From an uncultured delta proteobacterium (lineage in GTDB: Bacteria; Myxococcota; Myxococcia; Myxococcales; 40CM-4-68-19): DNA of 64,000 bases. Made by a program: the position numbers and the translations under genes. Below, piece by piece: positions 57,364 through 64,000 of this stretch. Location: contig CAIWCD010000013.1 of NCBI GenBank assembly GCA_903911145.1, positions 124,001 to 188,000 of the forward strand, read 5' to 3'. The notes beneath the pieces were generated by a model that was not told the origin of the DNA, did not search any database, and worked only from the letters and a program-made list of their open reading frames with translations. Each line of letters begins with the position of its first letter. The first letter of the stretch is position 1.

Positions 57364-60300
57364 ATGCTCGCCCATATCGCGCTGTTCGAGCTGCGCAAGC
57401 GGCTCTCGATGATCTCGACCTACGTCTACGCCCTGCTCTTCTTTGCCTGCGGCCTGCTGGCCGCATTTGCCGGCGGCGGCGCATTCTCCAACGTCTCCGT
57501 GAATTCAGGTTCGGAGCACGTCTACGCGAACGCCCCATTCACGCTGGATCGATTGATCTCCGTGCTCTCCGACCTCGGCGTGATGATGAGCGCTGCCGTC
57601 TTCGGGCAGGCGATTCACCAGGACTTTGAAGCACGCACCGATTCCCTTCTCTTCACATTCCCAATCACGAAGCGCAGCTACCTCGGCGGCCGCTTCCTCG
57701 GCGCGTTCGTCTTTGTCTTTGCAATCTTCCTCTGCATTGCCGCCGGACTCTTCGTCGGCGGCCACTTCCCTGTCCTGATTAACAAGGCCCTCTTCGGACC
57801 GGTGCCCTTCAAAGCCTATTGGCGGCCCTACTTCACCAGCGTTCTTCCCGGCCTGATCTTTACCGGCTCGCTCTTCTTTGCGCTCGGCGCACTCGGGCGG
57901 CGGATGATGCCGGTCTATATCGGCGCTGTCGTGGTGGTGGCCGCATATCTGCTCGCCGGCACGCTCTTGAGCGACCTCGACAACCAGAATCTGGCGTCGC
58001 TGGTCGACCCGTTCGGCAATGCCGCGCTGCACCTGACGACGCGATATTGGACGACCGCAGAGAAGAATCAGCTGCTCATTCCTTTCAGCGGTCGATATCT
58101 CGCCAATCGCGCGATCTGGAGCGGTGTCGGAATCATCGCGCTCGTCGTGACCTATCTGCGTTTCAATATGGCCCACGTTGGCACTGCAGAGAAGAAGCAG
58201 CGCAGCGCAGGCGCTCGAGTTCCCGCGCCGACGGGCCCGCTCCCGCTGGTCTCCGCCTCGCGCAGCAATCTGCGCACGCTGGCGACGCTCACGCGCCTTG
58301 GGTTCATCGAGACCATCAAGAACAGCTATTTCGCCGTCCTCGTGCTCGCTGCCGCGATCATGGCGCTGACCACGATGTCATTCGCAGGAAAGGTCTTCGG
58401 CACACCGACCTGGCCCGTGACCCACGCAATCGCCGAACTCGGAAGCGGCTCATTCAGCCTCTTCATCCTCATCATCATCACGTTCTATGCGGGTGAAATC
58501 GTCTGGCGCGAGCGCGACCTGAACCTCGCCCAGATCACCGATGCGCTCCCCATTCCAAACTGGGTGACCTACCTCGCAAAGCTCATCAGCCTCTGCCTGC
58601 TTCCCGCGATGCTGCTCGCCGTCGTCCTCGTGATGGGCGTCGCGTTCCAGACTGCGCACGGGTATCACCATTACGAAGTCGGCCTCTATCTCAAGCGCCT
58701 CTATTTGCTTTCGCTGCCGAGCTACATCTTCCTCTGCATCCTCGCGTTCACGGTGCAGTCGGTCGTGCAGAACAAGTATCTCGGCCACGCCATCATGGTC
58801 GCCTATTACATCTTCACCCAGTTTATGGGCACCCTGGGACTTGAGCACGGACTCCTCAAGTATGGTGACGTTCAATCGGAGCACTATTCCGATATGAACG
58901 GATTCGGCCACGCCGTCTGGCCCGACGCGCTCTACAACATGTATTGGGGCGGCTTTGCATTGATGCTCGCCGTTGTCGGTGCGCTCTTCTGGAATCGCGG
59001 AACAGAAGCTCCGTTTGCGGCGCGACGGAAACTCGCAAGCGATCGTTTCACCCTTCTCCCACGCGGCCTCGCGGCACTCGGCCTGCTCGTCACGATCGCG
59101 GCAGGAGGAACGATCTATTACAACGAAGATATCCTGAATCGATACCGCACTTCGCACCAGGAGGAGGGGCTGCGCGCGGAGTACGAGAAGAAGTACAAGC
59201 AGTTCGAGACCGCTCCGCAGCCGCGCATCACAGAGGTCCGGGCCGACTTCGATCTCTATCCCGAGACAGAAACACTCGACGCGCACGGCAGCTATGTCCT
59301 CGAGAATAAGAGCGGCCAGCCGATCCCGGTCATCTACGTGCAGCTCGGCGACGAGCAGAGGTTTGAATCACTCGCTGTCGGGCCAATGGCGGCGCCCAGC
59401 GAGTCCGACACGACACTCGGCTTCTATACCTATCGCCTCCCTGCGCCGTTGGCGCCCGGAGAGAAGATGCCGCTCAACTATTCAATCCGGTTTCACACCC
59501 GAGGATTCAAGGACGGAGGGAACCGCACCGACATCGTCGCAAACGGAACGTTCTTCAACAGCGGGAGCCTCCCGCACATCGGCTATTCGCGCGACGACGA
59601 GCTGCCTCTCGACAACCAGCGCAAGAAGTTCGGTCTGGCCCCGCGCGCCCGGCTCCCTGACATCAACGATGTTCCCGCTCGGGCAAACAACCTCATCTCC
59701 AACGACGCTGACTGGGTCACGTTTGAATCAACCATCAGCACCAGCGCGGACCAGCGCGCGATCGCGCCAGGATATCTGCAGCGCGACTGGATGGAGAATG
59801 GTCGGCACTATTTCCATTACAAGATGGATGCTCCGATTCTCGGCTTCTATTCGATTCTTTCTGCGCGCTACGAGGTCCGCAAGGAGACCTGGAATGGGAT
59901 CGCGCTGGAGATCGATTACCACCCCGGGCACGAATACAACCTCGACGACATGATGCGCGGCATGAAGGATTCGATCGACTACTACGGCACCAACTTCACG
60001 CCCTACCAGTTCCACCAGGCCCGCATTCTCGAGTTTCCCAACTACGCGTCATTCGCCCAGTCGTTCCCCAACACGATTCCCTACTCGGAGAGCATTGGCT
60101 TCATCGCGAAGGTCACCCCAGAGAAGCCCGACGATATTGATTACCCGTATTACATCACTGCGCACGAGATCGCGCACCAGTGGTGGGGACATCAAGTCAT
60201 CGGCGCCAACGTCCAGGGCGTCTCGTTCCTCGACGAGACGTTGGCCCAATACTCGGCATTGATGGTGATGAAGGCACGCTTCGGCGCGTCCCAGATGCAT

Positions 60301-60930
60301 CGGTTCCTCAAATATGAGGCCGATCAATATCTGATGGGTCGCGCCACGGAGCAGCAGAAGGAGGTCCCCCTCCTGCGCGTCGAGAACCAGCAATACATCC
60401 ATTACAAGAAGGGAAGCCTCGTCATGTATGCGCTGCAAGACTATATCGGCGAGGCGAAGGTCAACGCGGCGCTCAAGAGCTTCCTCGTCGCCAACCAGTT
60501 CAAGGGGCCGCCTTATCCGACGTCAATGTCGTTGTTCGAGGAGTTCAAGAAGGTCACGCCGCCAGAGTTGCAATACCTGCTGCACGATCTCTTCGAGACC
60601 ATTACTCTCTACGATAATCGCGCGCAGACGGCGACGGCGCGCAAGCTTCCCGACGGCCGGTTTGAATTGACGATTGGAATTACCGTCAAGAAGATGCAGG
60701 CAGGCGAGCAGGGAGATGAAACAGAAGTGCCCGTCGATGACTTCATTGATATCGGCGCCGTTGACGAGAAGGGCATTCCCATCGCTGTCGAGCGCAGGCG
60801 CATCAAGAGCGGAGCGTCGGAGCAGAAGCTCGTCGTCGACAAGCTTCCGGCCAAGGCAGGCGTGGACCCGATCAATCTGCTGATTGACCGCCACCCGGAC
60901 GACAATCTCGTCGCCGTCACGGTTCAATAG
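57364..60930 (+). CDS. ABC-2 permease (two domains) fused to M1-family aminopeptidase
   Basis: About 580 aa multi-TM region with two permease halves, then a gluzincin domain with 'AHEIAHQWWG' plus E 18 residues later ('DETLAQYS') and 'IHYKKG'. Confidence 0.9.
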   Translation: MLAHIALFELRKRLSMISTYVYALLFFACGLLAAFAGGGAFSNVSVNSGSEHVYANAPFTLDRLISVLSDLGVMMSAAVFGQAIHQDFEARTDSLLFTFPITKRSYLGGRFLGAFVFVFAIFLCIAAGLFVGGHFPVLINKALFGPVPFKAYWRPYFTSVLPGLIFTGSLFFALGALGRRMMPVYIGAVVVVAAYLLAGTLLSDLDNQNLASLVDPFGNAALHLTTRYWTTAEKNQLLIPFSGRYLANRAIWSGVGIIALVVTYLRFNMAHVGTAEKKQRSAGARVPAPTGPLPLVSASRSNLRTLATLTRLGFIETIKNSYFAVLVLAAAIMALTTMSFAGKVFGTPTWPVTHAIAELGSGSFSLFILIIITFYAGEIVWRERDLNLAQITDALPIPNWVTYLAKLISLCLLPAMLLAVVLVMGVAFQTAHGYHHYEVGLYLKRLYLLSLPSYIFLCILAFTVQSVVQNKYLGHAIMVAYYIFTQFMGTLGLEHGLLKYGDVQSEHYSDMNGFGHAVWPDALYNMYWGGFALMLAVVGALFWNRGTEAPFAARRKLASDRFTLLPRGLAALGLLVTIAAGGTIYYNEDILNRYRTSHQEEGLRAEYEKKYKQFETAPQPRITEVRADFDLYPETETLDAHGSYVLENKSGQPIPVIYVQLGDEQRFESLAVGPMAAPSESDTTLGFYTYRLPAPLAPGEKMPLNYSIRFHTRGFKDGGNRTDIVANGTFFNSGSLPHIGYSRDDELPLDNQRKKFGLAPRARLPDINDVPARANNLISNDADWVTFESTISTSADQRAIAPGYLQRDWMENGRHYFHYKMDAPILGFYSILSARYEVRKETWNGIALEIDYHPGHEYNLDDMMRGMKDSIDYYGTNFTPYQFHQARILEFPNYASFAQSFPNTIPYSESIGFIAKVTPEKPDDIDYPYYITAHEIAHQWWGHQVIGANVQGVSFLDETLAQYSALMVMKARFGASQMHRFLKYEADQYLMGRATEQQKEVPLLRVENQQYIHYKKGSLVMYALQDYIGEAKVNAALKSFLVANQFKGPPYPTSMSLFEEFKKVTPPELQYLLHDLFETITLYDNRAQTATARKLPDGRFELTIGITVKKMQAGEQGDETEVPVDDFIDIGAVDEKGIPIAVERRRIKSGASEQKLVVDKLPAKAGVDPINLLIDRHPDDNLVAVTVQ

Positions 60931-60960
60931 CAGCGCGGCCGCGTCGCTCCTGGATATCAA

Positions 60961-61803
60961 CTATCCGGGAGCGGTCGTCGACTTCTCGCGAAAGCTCTCG
61001 GCCGCCTGGAAATCCTCGGCAGCAAGATCGCGCATCGGCACGCCGCTACCGCGGTGCTGCTTGAACGTCTCGATCACCACCAGCTTGTGCGGGCGCACCG
61101 CCGAGAGCGGGCATTCGCGATAGGCCTTCTCGTCCTCGTCGCAATAGCCGAGCCGCTTCTCGCCGCACTTCGGCTGCATATATCGACCGAGTTCGGGAAC
61201 CTTCTGGACAATGGCCGAGCGCATCTTCGCCACCATCTGGCGAATCTCCCACTGTGCGCGCGTGCAGAGCCGCAAATCGCCGATATGAAGCAGTTCGGCG
61301 AAATTGACCATGATCTGGAAATTGGTCGGTGCGGCATTGGGCAATACAAACCGCGCGTCCTCCGCGGGAATGCCGGCCGCGACCGCCTCGCGATAGACCC
61401 GCGTGATCTCGCCCATCAGCTTCTCGAACTCTTCCGTCTTGCCCGCGTCCTTCCACGAATCGGGCATGACGTAATCGAGTCGCTCTTCGTTCTTGCCCGT
61501 AAAGCGGACATATCGCTGCGACTGCTGCTCGAACGAGATGCCGACCCGGTGGCGCACGAACTGGTGCGACAGCGAGCGGGAGACGCCGGAAATGCCGAAC
61601 CAGAAGACCACCTGCTCGAGCGGGGAGACGTGGCCGGTCTTGAGCCGCTCCTCGACAAACGAGACGATCTTCTCGCGCGGCACCACTCCCGTCGCGATGT
61701 CGTCCCAGACCTCTCGCGGCGTCTTGGGCGTATAGCAAGTGCGATAGGCGCCATAGAGCTTGATCAAGGGATCGGTGGCGAGATCGATCAACAAGACGTC
61801 CAT
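60961..61803 (-). CDS. thyX: FAD-dependent thymidylate synthase
   Basis: 'GHVSPLEQ', 'HQFVRHRVGISFEQQSQRYV', 'EDARFVLP' and 'RLCTRAQWEIR'. GGAG RBS before ATG 61803. Confidence 0.95.
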   Translation of the reverse strand: MDVLLIDLATDPLIKLYGAYRTCYTPKTPREVWDDIATGVVPREKIVSFVEERLKTGHVSPLEQVVFWFGISGVSRSLSHQFVRHRVGISFEQQSQRYVRFTGKNEERLDYVMPDSWKDAGKTEEFEKLMGEITRVYREAVAAGIPAEDARFVLPNAAPTNFQIMVNFAELLHIGDLRLCTRAQWEIRQMVAKMRSAIVQKVPELGRYMQPKCGEKRLGYCDEDEKAYRECPLSAVRPHKLVVIETFKQHRGSGVPMRDLAAEDFQAAESFREKSTTAPG

Positions 61804-61839
61804 ATCAGCTCCTATCGAATGGCTATCACGTAGAGACAA

Positions 61840-63900
61840 TTACAGCTTGCGCTGTGCGACCTTGTAGAGCGTCAAGCCCATCGCGGCGAAGAAGGCGCAC
61901 CCGAGAAGTTCATATCCGCCGGCGCCGAGGGCACGTGTAATCATTGGCGACAAGTCGACCGATTCGAGCCCCTTCGCGACGCCGTCGTTCACGTTGAGCA
62001 TCGCGACCAGAACGCCCGCGAGCGCGCCGCCGGCGACCAGTCCTGTCGAGAAGAGGCTGCCAGCGCCGAGTTCCTCGTCGTGGCCGCTCGCTGCCGCCTT
62101 GTCCGCGCGGCGATCGACGATCCCCTTGATCGCTCCACCGATCCAGATCGGCAGCGTCGTCGAGAGCGGCAGATATGCGCCGACCGCGAACGACAACGGA
62201 GAGACACCGCAGAGTTCAATCGTCACCGCGAGGAAGACGCCGACGAGGACATATTGCCAATCGAGATTGTGCGCGAGCAGGCCGCGAATCAGCGTTGCCA
62301 TCAGCGTTCCCTGCGGCGCCGGATAGGTCTCGGTGCCAATCATATGATGAATCCCCTGCGCGGCCGCCGCGGCCGTCGGGGTATCGAGCACGCGCACCGT
62401 CAATCCAATCACCAGCGCAGCCGCGACCGCACCGACCATCAGGCCAATCTGCTGAAAGCGCGGCGTCGCACCGACGAGATATCCCGTCTTCAGATCCTGC
62501 GACGTCGCGCCGGCGTTCGCCGCGGCAATGCAGACCATTCCGCCCACGCAGAGCGCCATCGGTTGATAGATATCGGCCGTCCAGCCAATGCCGATGAAGA
62601 TGAGGCAGGTGGCCATAATCGTCGCGATGGTCATTCCCGAAACAGGGTTGGAGCTCGTGCCGATGATGCCGACGATGCGCGAGGCCACGGTCACGAAGAA
62701 GAAGCCAAATACGACGATAAGGATACCGAGGAGGAATCGACCACCGATGGTGCCAGGGAGAAACGGCAGGAACGCCATGATGCAGATCAGCGCAACGCTG
62801 CCGCCGAGGACGGTGGAGATCGGAAGATCCCGGTTGGTGCGACGGGCATCAATCACGGCACCCGCGCCGCCGCGCATCGAGGCGAGGCTGCCCTTGAATG
62901 AGCTGATGATGGTCGGCATCGTCTTGAGCAGCGTCATGAAGCCGCCCGCCGCAACCGCGCCAGCGCCAATCTGGCGCACATAGGCGAAATAGATCGCGCG
63001 ATTCAAGGCACCGAAAGTCTGCAGAGCAGGATCCCAACCATAGGCGCCTGCCTTGTTGATATCCGCGAGATATCCCAGTTTGACGAGCTGCATCGCAACC
63101 GCTGAGGCGGGCACGAGCGAAGCAAGAAGCGGAATCAGACCGAGCCACGCGAGGACACCACCCGCAACCAGCACACCCGCGATCTTGGGGCCGATGATAT
63201 ATCCGACGCCCATATACTCAGGAGTAATCGCGGCGTTGATGGTGGCGGCCGGGAAGATACGTGACGTTGCTCGGCTGACATATCCGGGCGTATCGCAGAT
63301 GACCTTGAAAATCTGCTGCAGCGTCGCGTAGGCAAAGGCGAAGAAGAGCCCCTGGTATGCGGTCTTCGCGAGTTCGCCGCCCTTCTCTCCCGCGATCAGC
63401 ACCTGCGCGCAGGCAGCACCTTCGGGATAAGGAAGATTGCCGTGCTCGTTGACGATCAGCGCGCGCCGCAGCGGGATCATCATCAGGACGCCGAGCATTC
63501 CGCCAAGCAGCGCGAGCGTGAAGATGGTCCAATAGGAGAAGTATCCGGCGCCAACGCTCTGATGGGTCGAGGGGTCGAGCGCGAGGAAGAGAAATCCCGG
63601 CAGCGTGAAGACAACGCCGGCGGCAATCGACTCGCCCGCCGATCCGATCGTCTGCACGAGATTGTTCTCGAGGATTGTCGATCCGCCGAGCTTCTTGAGC
63701 AGCGAGATCGAGAGCACCGCGATGGGAATCGACGCGGAAACGGTTAATCCCGCCTTGAGCGCGAGATAGACGGTCGACGCACCGAAGATCAACCCGAAGA
63801 GCGCGCCGATGATGATCGCTTTGGGCGTGAATTCGGCGACGTTGTCGGTGTCGGCGATATAGGGCTTATGCTCAGCGGGCGCGGCATTGAGTTCGGACAT
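61840..63900 (-). CDS. OPT family oligopeptide transporter
   Basis: '[15 protein letters not shown]', '[14 protein letters not shown]', 'LPYPEG', '[10 protein letters not shown]', 'QDLKTG' and 'PAPQ'. Confidence 0.95.
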   Translation of the reverse strand: MSELNAAPAEHKPYIADTDNVAEFTPKAIIIGALFGLIFGASTVYLALKAGLTVSASIPIAVLSISLLKKLGGSTILENNLVQTIGSAGESIAAGVVFTLPGFLFLALDPSTHQSVGAGYFSYWTIFTLALLGGMLGVLMMIPLRRALIVNEHGNLPYPEGAACAQVLIAGEKGGELAKTAYQGLFFAFAYATLQQIFKVICDTPGYVSRATSRIFPAATINAAITPEYMGVGYIIGPKIAGVLVAGGVLAWLGLIPLLASLVPASAVAMQLVKLGYLADINKAGAYGWDPALQTFGALNRAIYFAYVRQIGAGAVAAGGFMTLLKTMPTIISSFKGSLASMRGGAGAVIDARRTNRDLPISTVLGGSVALICIMAFLPFLPGTIGGRFLLGILIVVFGFFFVTVASRIVGIIGTSSNPVSGMTIATIMATCLIFIGIGWTADIYQPMALCVGGMVCIAAANAGATSQDLKTGYLVGATPRFQQIGLMVGAVAAALVIGLTVRVLDTPTAAAAAQGIHHMIGTETYPAPQGTLMATLIRGLLAHNLDWQYVLVGVFLAVTIELCGVSPLSFAVGAYLPLSTTLPIWIGGAIKGIVDRRADKAAASGHDEELGAGSLFSTGLVAGGALAGVLVAMLNVNDGVAKGLESVDLSPMITRALGAGGYELLGCAFFAAMGLTLYKVAQRKL

Positions 63901-63930
63901 GGGCTCTCTTCGATGCTTGATTAGAGTCGG

Positions 63931-64000
63931 TTACGTCTTGGTGCGCTGGCTCATCCAGTGCTCTTCGCGGGCCAACTCGAGATCAGAGTCGACCATCATC
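63931..64000 (-). CDS. C-terminal end of a gene truncated by the window, possibly GDP-mannose 4,6-dehydratase
   Basis: The minus strand reads MMVDSDLELAREEHWMSQRTKT-stop, resembling Gmd C-termini ('MVDADL'). Only 22 codons are visible. Confidence 0.4.
   Translation of the reverse strand, partial: MMVDSDLELAREEHWMSQRTKT

Overview
A GC-rich, gene-dense bacterial chromosomal segment, very probably from a myxobacterium (Myxococcota). The evidence is a MYXO-CTERM protein, a PEGA-domain Ser/Thr kinase, a triple-DsbA protein and many Cys-rich or DGG/DAG-rich lipoproteins. It holds about 55 CDSs. Core genes include holB-holA-metG-HEAT-tatD, gap-pgk-tpiA, an orphan sdhC, polX and thyX. The rest are envelope, redox and lipid genes, an aerobic benzoyl-CoA (box) cluster lacking boxA, an ABC exporter/M1 aminopeptidase fusion and an OPT transporter. 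I saw no rRNA, tRNA, CRISPR array, integrase or transposase. No single system is certainly novel. The best candidates are: (1) the boxA-less boxCB cluster, with a BoxC-like single-domain crotonase and a translationally coupled small protein ending in a beta-clamp-type motif (QLGLF); (2) a surface-sorted M6 protease homologue whose zinc motif is degenerate (HExxH to HQFGS), preceded by a 12-bp triple direct repeat; (3) a complete sigma54 enhancer promoter driving a 72-aa unknown protein; (4) a MaoC hydratase with a histone-H1-like tail; (5) a Rieske / His-rich MoaB / Fe-S TIGR02757 operon; and (6) apparently frequent leaderless transcription. All calls come from motif reading by eye; no searches were run.
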